Shown here in pieces: positions 34,008-44,198 of a stretch of 64,000 nt of DNA. The position numbers and the translations under genes are program-made. Position 1 is the first letter of the stretch; every line of letters begins with the position of its first letter. Origin of the DNA: an uncultured virus (IMG/VR IMGVR_UViG_3300021957_000021) (Duplodnaviria; Heunggongvirae; Uroviricota; Caudoviricetes); the IMG/VR virus record IMGVR_UViG_3300021957_000021. One strand, given 5' to 3'. A model generated the notes under the pieces. That model made no database searches. It was given only the letters and a program-made list of their open reading frames with translations, and had not been told where the DNA came from.

Positions 34008-34049
34008 TTTTTCTTGACATAGAGAGTAACATACTCTATGTTTATTAAT

Positions 34050-34280
34050 ATGAATTACATTACGGAGAAAATTACTTTTAATGTTCCACAAAATGGTGGA
34101 GATCAATATCGCTTTTATGAGTGCGTAGATCAAATTGCCGATCTTATTGATTTGTATTTTGGTACTGCAATAGAAGATACCACAAATATACATAGATTAG
34201 TCGATGAAGAACTTGTTGTAGCAATGAGAAGGCAAGCTAGAGAAAATAATTTAGAAAATATAAATGGAGGAAGTAAATAA
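34050..34280 (+). CDS. Hypothetical protein
   Basis: ATG 36 nt after TTGACA at 34014. Confidence 0.6.
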   Translation: MNYITEKITFNVPQNGGDQYRFYECVDQIADLIDLYFGTAIEDTTNIHRLVDEELVVAMRRQARENNLENINGGSK

Positions 34281-34500
34281 TACATTATGAAAGAAGTAAT
34301 AGAATTAATTGAACAAAAAATTTTAGAGATTAATAATTATCCAATCACCACACAAAAGGAAGAGCAAATGCACATACTAGAAATTGGTTACTTAAATCAG
34401 TTGCTTAGAGTGGCGAATGAACTTTCTTAAAAAAAGTGTTGACATCTCAATCGACATACTCTAGTATTTTATCATAGTTTAATTTAACACAAGGAAAAAA

Positions 34501-36789
34501 ATGATTATCACACAAAACAAATCTAAAGAAGTAGTAAGTTCTCACGATTTCGAGCAAGTAAATTGCACGATTGATGCCGAAGATATGCGTTATGTTGCAT
34601 CTCTTCTTCGCAACAATTACTCCAATACTCGTCTTGCAGTCGTTCGTGAGATTAGTGCTAACGCACTCGATGCCAATACTGAAGCAGGAGTAAATCGCCC
34701 AATCGAAATTAAGTTGCCAACTGCAATGAATCCGACATTTTCAGTTCGTGATTTCGGGGGTGGACTTAGCCAAGAAGATGTTTTCGGTCTTTACTCTAAG
34801 TATGGCAAGTCAACTAAGCGTACATCTAACAATTATATCGGTGCTTTCGGTATCGGTAAATTTGCTCCACTTTCTTATGGTGACAACTTTACTTGCGTTT
34901 CTTTTCATAATGGAACAAAAACTTCTTACAATGTATTTGTCGATGAGAATGACGATACCAAAATCACAAAGTTGTTTGAAGAACCAAGCAATAAACCAAC
35001 AGGTTTAAGTATTGAAGTTGCAGTCGCAGAAGATGATCGCAAAGAGTTTAGAAATGTTGTGCAAAATTTCTTTCGTTTCTTTTCTAACTCTGATATGCCA
35101 AAATTTCTCGGAGTTGAAGAAGACTTTATACAAACTCCTACAAAAGTTTTATCAAGTAAAACTGATGAATGGTTCTTTGCGGAAGACGAGAATCGGGGAT
35201 ATGGTTATAATTATTACTCTCATGTTCTTATGGGTAGAGTTGCTTATCCTATTGATCCAAAGGCAATAAATGTAGAAAATTTTGTGTCCAATGAAAGTTC
35301 TCGCAGAATAGTTCAACAACTTTTACAACAAAGTAATTTTTACTTTCGTGTGCCTCTTGGTTCAGTAAGATTGCATCATAGTCGTGAGTCGCTAGAATAC
35401 AACAAAGCAACTCAAAAAGAAATTTGTGCGATTCTTTACAAAGTCAGTCAAGATATTCAAACTATTGCAAAAGAAAAACTTGCCGATAGTGAAGATTTGT
35501 GGGATGCAAAGAGAAACTATGCTCTAGTTATTAATGCTTTACCTTATCAAGTAAGAGGAGTATTCGAGAATAGCTTCGAGTGGAATGGCATCAAAATTAC
35601 AGATTATACATTTCAAAGAGATTATCAACTTCAAGACGATCTTTTGATTACTGATTACGAGAAAATTGAAGATAAAGATTCTCGCAATGGTTTCAAGGTA
35701 AGAGCTACTAAAACAAATCGCATTTATTGTCAAGACAATTATCTTATAATGATGCAAGACATTGATTCTTCTCATGGTAACAATCTTAGAGTTCGCACTT
35801 TGATGAATGATTTGCCCGACCTTAAAGGTGTTTATATTGTTCATCCTACTAGCGAATGTGGTAAAGCAGAAGTTTATGATAATTGGCAATTCGATCTTGT
35901 TGACGCAAAACATAAGAGATATTCTTCTCAAGTAGATAAAGAAAAAATTGTTCGCAATAAAGTTTCGGGTACAAGTCGTGCTTCTATTCCATTATTCAAG
36001 ATGAGGACTGATAAAGGATATGGTAGTCGTAATGCAGATTATTGGCAAAATGTCAACGAACCAATCAATTCACTTGAGCTAAATGAAGTTGAAGGTTCTG
36101 TCAATGGTAAAATCATTTATGTTCCAATCAAGAACTACAAAGTTGATAGTGAATCTTATGATCTTGACAGAGTTTACAAAATCGCTAGAGGTATTCGCCA
36201 AAAAGCTGAAGATAATTCAGACGAAAAAAATCTTCAATTATTCGGTGTTCGTGCAGGTGATGTAAAGAAATTAGACAAAAGTACATGGGTATCATTCTTT
36301 GATTTTTATCTTGACTATTGCAAAAACATCATTCGCAAAAACAAGAAAGAATGTCAATCAGCATACAATGTAATTCAATTCCAAAAATCTTCTAATAATA
36401 ACTTCAGTGAATATCGTTGGAATTATGGTCAATTGTTTACTAATAATACATTTGATATTTCTACGCTCGATGACAATCATTTATTTGCTCGTTGTGCAGA
36501 AAATTGGAAGCTTTTTATGGAAGAGTCTACAAGTGATCGTAAATTTAATGTTGCAATCAATGTAGTTAGTCTAGGCGATCAAGCATGGTTAGATGATGTA
36601 TTAGATACGAAAGTCGATGCAGAATCAGTTATGCAAGACTTTAAATTACTTAATAAAAATTATCCTTTACTTAAAATTGTCGCAAATCATATTAATTCTT
36701 GGGTAAATCTAAAGCAAGATAATGACAAGAATGTAACTAATCAAACTATCTTAGAATATATTTCCTTGTGTGATGGGGTTGGGGCTTAA
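34501..36789 (+). CDS. rIIA: rIIA-like protein (GHKL ATPase N-terminus)
   Basis: YSN..LAVVREISANALDA, VRDFGGGL, YGKSTKR.SN..IG.FGIG; followed by rIIB. Confidence 0.88.
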   Translation: MIITQNKSKEVVSSHDFEQVNCTIDAEDMRYVASLLRNNYSNTRLAVVREISANALDANTEAGVNRPIEIKLPTAMNPTFSVRDFGGGLSQEDVFGLYSKYGKSTKRTSNNYIGAFGIGKFAPLSYGDNFTCVSFHNGTKTSYNVFVDENDDTKITKLFEEPSNKPTGLSIEVAVAEDDRKEFRNVVQNFFRFFSNSDMPKFLGVEEDFIQTPTKVLSSKTDEWFFAEDENRGYGYNYYSHVLMGRVAYPIDPKAINVENFVSNESSRRIVQQLLQQSNFYFRVPLGSVRLHHSRESLEYNKATQKEICAILYKVSQDIQTIAKEKLADSEDLWDAKRNYALVINALPYQVRGVFENSFEWNGIKITDYTFQRDYQLQDDLLITDYEKIEDKDSRNGFKVRATKTNRIYCQDNYLIMMQDIDSSHGNNLRVRTLMNDLPDLKGVYIVHPTSECGKAEVYDNWQFDLVDAKHKRYSSQVDKEKIVRNKVSGTSRASIPLFKMRTDKGYGSRNADYWQNVNEPINSLELNEVEGSVNGKIIYVPIKNYKVDSESYDLDRVYKIARGIRQKAEDNSDEKNLQLFGVRAGDVKKLDKSTWVSFFDFYLDYCKNIIRKNKKECQSAYNVIQFQKSSNNNFSEYRWNYGQLFTNNTFDISTLDDNHLFARCAENWKLFMEESTSDRKFNVAINVVSLGDQAWLDDVLDTKVDAESVMQDFKLLNKNYPLLKIVANHINSWVNLKQDNDKNVTNQTILEYISLCDGVGA

Positions 36790-36812
36790 ATGCCTCTTCC
36801 CCATTTATTTTA
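36773..36812 (+). terminator. Hairpin/terminator between rIIA and rIIB
   Basis: ATGGGG-TT-GGGGC/GCCTC-TT-CCCCAT followed by T-rich tract. Confidence 0.55.
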
Positions 36813-36884
36813 AGAAAAAAACTTGACAATATCTGTAAATTTAATTAGTATTATATATATTAACAATTCAAAAAGGAAAAAATT

Positions 36885-38012
36885 ATGAATCAAGTACCAT
36901 ATCAACTCACAGAAAATTCACTCACTATCTTTTGGGAAGGTAAACCATATACCTTGCGTAAAGATCATGTAAACTTTAAACTTGCCAAGCAAGCAATCTT
37001 AGAAGCAAGATATGATGATCTTGGAGATTTGCTTGATATTGCCAAGGCAGTTGAGAACTTTGTTGAGGGCGATATTGAAGTCAGAGATGAAGTTGTTTTC
37101 TACAAAGGACATCGCTTGCATGGTGTTGTTGTTGAAAAATTACTCGAAATGCTTCGTGCAGGGATGAGGGATTCTGCTCCTCTTACAAACTTTATTACTC
37201 GCTTGCAGTCAAATCCAAGTGCAAATTCAGCGAATGAGTTGTATTCTTTCATGAGTTACAAGTCATTACCAAACACTCCCGAAGGCAAGGTCTTGGGCTA
37301 CAAAGGTGTTCAGAAAGACTTTTGGAGTTCAACAGGCAATGCTGATACAATCGTATTGCAAGGCAAAACCAATGATCGTCACCAAATTCTCAATGAAGTT
37401 GGTGCTACTATCGAAGTTGCTCGTAGATGCGTAGATGACAATAAGGATAATCATTGTTCTTTTGGTCTTCATGTTGGTTCATACGATTATGCTAATAATT
37501 GGGCAGGAGAGAATGGTAGATTGCTTGTTGTTGAGTTTGATCCTGCTGATGCAGTATCTGTACCAACTGATTGTGATTTTCAGAAACTTAGGGTATCTAA
37601 GTACAATGTGATCTCTGATATTACCGACACTCGTAAAGAGTTAAATAAACCTGTCTACGAGGCTAATAAGCCTATTTATGGGTCAAATGACGATTGTTGC
37701 GATGATGAAGATTGTGATTATGATTGCGATGATGAATCTGATTTTGTCGATCAAAGTGAATGGGAAGACGATGAAATGGATAATGAAGATGATCTTCTAT
37801 TTAAAGTTAGTTCATATATTAGTAATAAATTATTGAATGGAGAAAAAGTTTTAATTAAAAATATTGCTGATTTAAGGTTCTGCAAAGACCAAAGACTGAC
37901 TTGTGCGGATATTATAGAGATAATTGATGTAATGGATGATTATGAAATTCATGAATCAGATGTCGGGCAAAATGTTCCTGTTAGCCTCAAGAGAGTCGTG
38001 AGGAACTCTTAA
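36885..38012 (+). CDS. rIIB: rIIB-like protein
   Basis: NPS.....ELY.F, GYKGV, CSFGLHVG, DPADAVSVP.D....KLRV.KY. Confidence 0.88.
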   Translation: MNQVPYQLTENSLTIFWEGKPYTLRKDHVNFKLAKQAILEARYDDLGDLLDIAKAVENFVEGDIEVRDEVVFYKGHRLHGVVVEKLLEMLRAGMRDSAPLTNFITRLQSNPSANSANELYSFMSYKSLPNTPEGKVLGYKGVQKDFWSSTGNADTIVLQGKTNDRHQILNEVGATIEVARRCVDDNKDNHCSFGLHVGSYDYANNWAGENGRLLVVEFDPADAVSVPTDCDFQKLRVSKYNVISDITDTRKELNKPVYEANKPIYGSNDDCCDDEDCDYDCDDESDFVDQSEWEDDEMDNEDDLLFKVSSYISNKLLNGEKVLIKNIADLRFCKDQRLTCADIIEIIDVMDDYEIHESDVGQNVPVSLKRVVRNS

Positions 38013-38381
38013 TTGAAAAAAAAATTTAAAGAATTTTCTTTCCTATCGTTATTGTTAATGCTATCGGGTTGCTTGACTCCCTCTATGGTTTCCGTAGGGG
38101 GAGTCTTCGATGGGGATGATATACTTTATTCTCACATATCAGAATTAACAACCAATCCAACTCAACCTTGGTTAATCAATACTCCAACAGGAGTCTTAGT
38201 TTACAAACAGGCTTTTATTATAGATATATCGCATGATAGACAAGATTTTTTATTGCGAAGAAAAGGAGACATGGCAGAGTTTTGGGTTGAGTACGATATG
38301 TTCAATAAAAGAGATAAAAATTTTATTACAAAATTACTAAAACAAATAGACAAGGAAAATGTATATGTCGGAAGCAAATAA
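38013..38381 (+). CDS. Putative lipoprotein with SHD1-like C-terminus
   Basis: Basic N-terminus, hydrophobic core, LSGC lipobox; TTG start uncertain. Confidence 0.45.
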   Translation: MKKKFKEFSFLSLLLMLSGCLTPSMVSVGGVFDGDDILYSHISELTTNPTQPWLINTPTGVLVYKQAFIIDISHDRQDFLLRRKGDMAEFWVEYDMFNKRDKNFITKLLKQIDKENVYVGSK

Positions 38382-38544
38382 GAGTAAAAACGAGATGGAA
38401 GTTTCGGGGCATACTGAAGGTTATTCTATTATTGAGGGTTGCATTCTCCAATCAATAGGTCAAGCGAAACAAGAAGCTGAAGCGATCACAATGGAAGAGT
38501 TCTTAAATATCATAAAGCAAGATACTTCTGATAATTCCAAATAA
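38365..38544 (+). CDS. Hypothetical protein
   Basis: AAGGA upstream of ATG. Confidence 0.5.
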   Translation: MSEANKSKNEMEVSGHTEGYSIIEGCILQSIGQAKQEAEAITMEEFLNIIKQDTSDNSK

Positions 38545-38700
38545 TTTCAAATACAATTAACAATATAATCCCTTTACCCATCCATATTAATAAACTATAT
38601 ACTTATATACTAGATCATAATAGCAAATATATACAATAAAAAGATAAACGAATTTTACTTAAATAATTGATTAATAAAGGTTTAGATTAAAATAAAGAGC

Positions 38701-38740
38701 AAGTGGGTTGAAGTGGGGGAAAGTGGGTAAGCGTGGTACG
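38701..38740. repeat. Four GTGG(G) boxes at exact 10-bp period inside an AT-rich non-coding gap
   Basis: aagtgggttg/aagtggggga/aagtgggtaa/gcgtggtacg. Confidence 0.85.
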
Positions 38741-39114
38741 CGACTTAAATATATAAAAATATAAGTTAAGTTAAAATATTGTAAATTGCGTCAAAAATAA
38801 TAGAAACAAATAAACTAAATTTTTTTTGATATAGCCAAATAACTTAATAAGAAAAATAATAAAGTATAATGAACAAACTACAAATAAATTTTAATCAAAT
38901 AATTGCAAATAATAATATGAAAGATAGCCGACTTAATTTAATAAATTTTTTTATACATTTTTGCGTTTTAGTTAAATAAAAGTTTGAATGAAATAAAGCG
39001 AAATAAGATGAAAAAAAATAGAATAAAATATAATAATTAATTATACTAAATTTTTTGTTGAATTCGGGCGAAATAAAAATGCACTTGACACAAATAAGAC
39101 TTTAAATTATAATT

Positions 39115-39348
39115 ATGGTATTGATGAGCGAGAAAGATAATAGTGTTAGTTACCTTCAGCACCATATAGACTTCACATTCCCCGAAATAATGATGCAGGA
39201 GCAAATAAATGATGTCGGATGGATAGATCAGCCCCAAATAACAGGCGAGCCGCAAATAAGAGCGTTTGCGAGCTTTGAGGGGTCGAATCTGATTATCCTA
39301 TTTCCCTTCTTTAATCCAACAGAGAATTACCCTGTGCAGGAAGATTGA
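39115..39348 (+). CDS. Hypothetical protein
   Basis: TTGACA-17-TATAAT promoter upstream; exact start uncertain. Confidence 0.55.
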   Translation: MVLMSEKDNSVSYLQHHIDFTFPEIMMQEQINDVGWIDQPQITGEPQIRAFASFEGSNLIILFPFFNPTENYPVQED

Positions 39349-39424
39349 ATAAAAAATTTTATAAAATAAAGAAAAATATAATTAATACTTGACTTGTTTT
39401 ATATTCTATACTATACTTATATAC

Positions 39425-39766
39425 ATGACAACAATAGCAAAAGAGATAAATAATAAACTTGATACAATATTAAATATTAGATCAGAAATAAAAAAGATGC
39501 GGGCGGAACTGAGTGCCGACTCCGAGTTAGTCAACCCGAATACGGGCGACAAGATGCTTCGGGATGACGCAATAAATATAGCCGAGGAAGTAATAAATAA
39601 AGTACAAAATGATATAAATCAAATAACAAATAATGGGCAGAATGTACGAAATATTTTTAATAATCAATACTATATAAATGATATGCTACAAGATAAGCAA
39701 ATTGCAAACGAAAATTTATCAAATATAAAAGCATTTATACAAGAAAGTGAGGATAAGATTAAATAA
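39425..39766 (+). CDS. Coiled-coil hypothetical protein
   Basis: ATG 36 nt after TTGACT at 39389. Confidence 0.65.
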   Translation: MTTIAKEINNKLDTILNIRSEIKKMRAELSADSELVNPNTGDKMLRDDAINIAEEVINKVQNDINQITNNGQNVRNIFNNQYYINDMLQDKQIANENLSNIKAFIQESEDKIK

Positions 39767-39786
39767 AAAATTTTATTAATTTATTT

Positions 39787-39848
39787 GGAGGCATAGAGTC
39801 CGTCGATGAGGCGGGACGAGGTAAGTCATCACCTGCATTGAACACTCC
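39787..39848 (+). ncRNA. Candidate small structured RNA with complementary loops
   Basis: GGAG/CTCC closing stem; two hairpins with loops GATGA and TCATC. Confidence 0.4.
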
Positions 39849-39924
39849 TTAATCTTTTTTCTTGACAAAACGAAGACAACCAACTAGACTTATAGCATAA
39901 CAATCAAACAAGGAGGAAAAAATT

Positions 39925-40376
39925 ATGGGTAATATAGCTAAATGTGCAAGAGCAACTTCAATTATGAATAATGTAAAAAGAGGGTCATATGTGGGCATGA
40001 GTAAATTTGCCAACTATGGTTCTATTGTCGAGGATAGCATCTTCGCCCAACAAAGAGAGGCAGACAGGCGACTCAAAGAGATTCAAGCCAAGCGTCTCAA
40101 GCAAGCAAAGGGGGTAGCATAATGGATGCAACAATCAAACCTCTTAGTGATAAAGTTAGTATGTTCGCAACTGATGAAGAATTATATGAACAATTAACTG
40201 CAAAAGAATTAATGTTAATTAAGTTAGTTAAGGTAGAAGAATATGTAGATGATCTATATAGAGCACATGATTCTGATACAAATAAAAAATTATTTCCACC
40301 TGATCAGAGTTGGTTTAAAATAAAAGACTTATTAAGAGAGTGCAGAAAAATTAATAAAAATAAAATTAATACTTGA
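39925..40376 (+). other. Two small hypothetical genes (39925-40122, 40122-40376)
   Basis: AAGGAGG SD before 39925; TAATG coupling. Confidence 0.65.
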
Positions 40377-40402
40377 CAAATAAGACTAAATATACTATAA
40401 TT
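40374..40402 (+). promoter_or_regulatory. Sigma70-type promoter for the ncRNA
   Basis: TTGACA-17-TATAAT with no following ATG ORF. Confidence 0.8.
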
Positions 40403-40491
40403 ATATACATAAATTGAGAAACAAACTCAAATAAATAAAATAAATTGATCTTTAAAATTTTTAACACTTTGGAAGGGCTTATAATCCTTCC

Positions 40492-40676
40492 TGTGGGTGA
40501 CTGAACTAAGCCTGTCGTGAGCGGGCTAAAGTATGCAAATCCCCCGTGGCGGGGCGGTAGAGTCCAATCGGATGAGCCGATAGCAAATGCCAAGCTTGAT
40601 TTGTAGTTCGAAGTAGGTAATCCTGAACTGATGTTCACGCCGAAAAGTTGGAGGTATACAGTAGTCCTCCCCCACA
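40492..40676 (+). ncRNA. manA-like structured RNA
   Basis: TGTGGG/CCCACA closing helix; GTGACTGAA near 5' end, CCAATCGG, GGAGGTATACAGTAGTCCTCC near 3' end (resemblance to manA motif from memory); own promoter and terminator. Confidence 0.7.
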
Positions 40677-40701
40677 CATATTTCCCCATCCCCCGCCCCC
40701 T

Positions 40702-40740
40702 GCCCCTTCTAGAGAAATTCTAGGAGGGGCTTTTTGTTTT
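40702..40740 (+). terminator. Intrinsic terminator after the ncRNA
   Basis: GCCCCTTCTAGA...TCTAGGAGGGGC then TTTTTGTTTT. Confidence 0.85.
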
Positions 40741-40774
40741 GACATTCCCAAAAAAACCTGCCATACTTATTATT

Positions 40775-41029
40775 ATGAAAACATTAAAAGACATATTATC
40801 AAACTACGGATACATGACGAAACCTCAGCTTGCCGAGATCGTAGATTATTTCCCGCACATGAAAGTCGTTATTAAATGGGGCGGACTGCCCCGTGAACGG
40901 GTTCATGCCTGGGAGGCAATCCAACGCATCGATAAAGTAGAGAGCGAAGATATTGACTACTGCCGAGATGTTTTTCTCTGTGGTAAAGATTGCGAGAATC
41001 TTAGAATAGCACTACACATAGCAAATTAA
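40775..41029 (+). CDS. Hypothetical protein
   Basis: ATG 36 nt after TTGACA at 40739. Confidence 0.7.
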   Translation: MKTLKDILSNYGYMTKPQLAEIVDYFPHMKVVIKWGGLPRERVHAWEAIQRIDKVESEDIDYCRDVFLCGKDCENLRIALHIAN

Positions 41030-41405
41030 ATGGAAATTATTATAGGAGCCATTGTTATTGCAGTCTGTCTCTCACTTAAGGAAGATTAATATTTTATACA
41101 ATTAAATCATATCATATAATGACATAGCAAATATACATACAACAAATATATAAGTAGCAAATATACAACAAATATATAAAGCTATAATTTAAACAAAAAT
41201 TTATAAAATTAAAATTCAATTCGTAAAGGGTTGAGCATCAGTATTTTGCGGGATCGCCCTGCCAACTTTTGCAATTATATGATATTCAACAACTTACAGC
41301 AAGAAAAGAGTTTTTGGCGATTTTCGCAATTATATGATAACCAACGAGTTACAACTATTTCAAAAAAAGCTTGACTCGTGGCATTTTTCTGTCATAATTG
41401 TATAC

Positions 41406-41783
41406 ATGATCAGAACAAAAAGCGACAAGAGATACGACATCGACTTCAGCAAGAAGGTGTTTGTATATAAGAATCTTCACAAGGACTGTTGGTCAGTCAA
41501 GCAGGGCGGGCTTGTTAAAGCACACGCAGATAGCTTAGAGATGTGGGATTGCAGTTTTCAAGTAAACCAAAAGGGGCGGGCGAAAGTTATTCAAGAAAAG
41601 CGTAAGAATGTTCATGCGGGCATTTCAGGCAGGATAGACGACCTTGGCGGGACAGTTGCAATTGGTACAGAAATTACATACAACCCGTACAAGTATAGCT
41701 CTTTTGTAGAAAAAGACACAGAAAATCCTGTATTTTATGCAGGATTTGCATCATTAACCCATAACAGAGTATTAGCAGCATGA
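41406..41783 (+). CDS. Conserved phage protein (VYKNLH...WSV, YNPYK type)
   Basis: Recurrent phage motif; ATG 35 nt after TTGACT. Confidence 0.7.
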   Translation: MIRTKSDKRYDIDFSKKVFVYKNLHKDCWSVKQGGLVKAHADSLEMWDCSFQVNQKGRAKVIQEKRKNVHAGISGRIDDLGGTVAIGTEITYNPYKYSSFVEKDTENPVFYAGFASLTHNRVLAA

Positions 41784-41949
41784 AGCAATTATTAGTTAAG
41801 ATTCCTACATCACAATCTATTCAAGAAGTTATTGATTACATTTATTATAGCGAGATGGAGGGCAGAGAAGACGAAACAGATTCGTGGTTTACCACCTATA
41901 AAAGTTTATTAGAGTTAAAAGAAAAAGTATTAGATGAGGAGGATATGGC

Positions 41950-43442
41950 ATGAACAAATTAATGGAAGCACATAAAGGAAAATTAGAAGATAGATGCTCA
42001 ATCACCGATGCAATCGTTGGGGTTTCAGATGAACTCTACGAAATGAGGAAAGAAAACAGAGATCTCAGTGGAGAGCTTAAAAACATTGCAGCCTCCTTGG
42101 ATTATGTTAGTCAGTACCTCTATGACATTAGTTGGGAATTAAAGAAAAACAGAGAAAAAAACCTTGACATTGAACAAAAAATTTAATACTATTATAGTAT
42201 GACAGAAACAATAGATATCACACCAACATGGTCAGCACTCATCCTTCCAATGGTTGAGGTGTTGAAAAACCCAAATGCAGGATACGAAGATAAGCAGAAT
42301 GTTATATTTGAACTAAAGCGTTTGGCTAAAATCGTTGACGACCAAAACGCAAAGATAAAAGCAGAAAGAGCAAAGCAATGACACTATCAGAATCAATTAT
42401 GGATATCGTTAGGGGCAACCTTGCATGGTCAGATCCCATGTCAACAGTTTGTCTCGATCAACATGAGCGTCATCCCGAAAAGTTTCCACTAGGGAGTGCG
42501 TTCCAAAGTGAAGATGAAACTTTAGATGACATCATTCGGGACTTGACATTATTGCGAGATGAGCGTAGAATAGAATCATCTTTTCAATCAGCAGAACTAT
42601 AACACAAGGAAAAATTATGACAGCAGTATTAGACAAACCCGAACAAATCGAAATGTTTCGCTACAAAACTCTTCTCAGAGGCTTAAGGCTTGAGACCCAG
42701 GGTTTACAAATGAGCAGGGGCAGATCTTGCTATTCTATCGTCAAACAAGAGTTTGGACTTAAAGGTAGCAAACAAAAAGTTTTCGATCAATTCAAATTAA
42801 TGTTAGAACAAGTAAATGAAAGGGCAGTATAATGACTAAGTTACAGATAGAATCAAGAGTAGAAGGTTGGAATTGGAATATGAACATCTTTGAGATATAT
42901 GACGAACTCAGAGATGGGCATACAGGAGAAGAGCAAGAGCAGCTTTTAACTCATGCATATAATTATTTCAATAAAGATTCAGCTATTGCAGATCTCGCGT
43001 CTCATTTTGGAATCGACATTACCTAATGAACGACTTAGCCATTAACTATATTAAAAAAATCCAAGACCTTTTGGATGCCGACGAAGAAATCTTAATTGAT
43101 AAAAATTCTTTTGAACTTAAAGAAAAAGACGGAGAAATTGATTTTGATGTTGACATGATCAAAGAAATGTACGATAATTAAACCATGACAAACACAACTA
43201 TGAACACCTATATCGATGCAGTATGCGAAGGCAAACCTCTTGACCTTCCTAATTTTAATGAAGACACTGAGCAGTGGGAGCTAGCCTTTGAGGAATCAGA
43301 GACGCCATGGCACCCATACGACAGTGCAAAAGACATCTTATTTGTAAGTTTTGAGTCAGCTGAAGAAGTCACTGACGCTTACAATTATTACAACCAAAAC
43401 CCTGCGATGGGTTTACAAGAAGTAGAAGGAGAACAATCCTAA
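41950..43442 (+). other. Six small early genes (41950-42186, 42199-42381, 42378-42602, 42617-42832, 42832-43026, 43185-43442)
   Basis: Coupled ORFs with SD or promoter. Confidence 0.7.
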
Positions 43443-43678
43443 TGTTAAGGAAACTCAAAAACAAGTTAGCTGCTTTGTTCAGCTCAACCTATAATGTCGT
43501 GTATACTACCGAAGATGGTAGAACACAAATGTATACAATCTCTAAACCTACGCATAAGCGTGAGTTTGGCAACGCTCGCGAGGGCAGGAGAGTCGTAGGC
43601 TTTCGTGCTCATTGCTTTAACCGCAACGGAATTCGTTCTTTCCGTTATGATCGCATCATCTCTTTAGTAAGGGGGTAG
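43442..43678 (+). CDS. Stand-alone WYL-like domain protein
   Basis: FRAHCFNRNGIRSFRYDRI. Confidence 0.55.
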   Translation: MLRKLKNKLAALFSSTYNVVYTTEDGRTQMYTISKPTHKREFGNAREGRRVVGFRAHCFNRNGIRSFRYDRIISLVRG

Positions 43679-43870
43679 AATATGAAGAAACGCATTGAAC
43701 ATTTACGAGCACAAGTTCGCGAGCTAGCGTATATGTTAGCCTGCGAAGAATCAGAAGGTATTTATTTATCAGAGCACAATGAGCGTCGGTCTCAGCATAA
43801 TGCATTACTAGAGGAGCTCTATCATCTAGAGAAGCGTGTGTTCTGACCTTTCATGGTCATCGGTTAATCC

Positions 43871-43904
43871 AAGCCCCTCTCCAATCGGAGAGGGGTTTTT
43901 TGTT
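43871..43904 (+). terminator. Intrinsic terminator with AATC loop
   Basis: AGCCCCTCTCC-AATC-GGAGAGGGGTTTTTT. Confidence 0.9.
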
Positions 43905-44033
43905 GATAATCAACGTTTTATGAAATTTCCCTAGCTGATTCCGCAATTATATGGTATTCAACAACTTAAGATAACTGCAAAAAAAAATTATTTTTTGCTT
44001 GCAATTAAATCGTAATCTGTCATAATTATATAT

Positions 44034-44153
44034 ATGAAAGCGAGAGATATAAAGATAAGAAAACCAATCCTTTTCACCAAAGCTCGCCCTCACAAACTTA
44101 AAAACAAAATCATACATAGAAAGCTGAAGCATAAAAAAACTTTAATTTACTAA
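44034..44153 (+). CDS. 39-aa basic protein, weakly ArfA-like (absent from ORF track)
   Basis: MKARDIKIRKPILFTKARPHKLKNKIIHRKLKHKKTLIY; ATG 35 nt after TTGCAA. Confidence 0.55.
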   Translation: MKARDIKIRKPILFTKARPHKLKNKIIHRKLKHKKTLIY

Positions 44154-44198
44154 AATTAATTCTTGACAAAACACTAACAATCAACTATTATTATACTT

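Noticed and set aside
39787..39848. Hammerhead ribozyme
   Set aside because: Has GATGA but lacks the CUGAUGA and GAAA core
40366..40875. ORFs 40366-40689(-) and 40648-40875(+)
   Set aside because: Overlap the GC-rich ncRNA and terminator; no credible start signals
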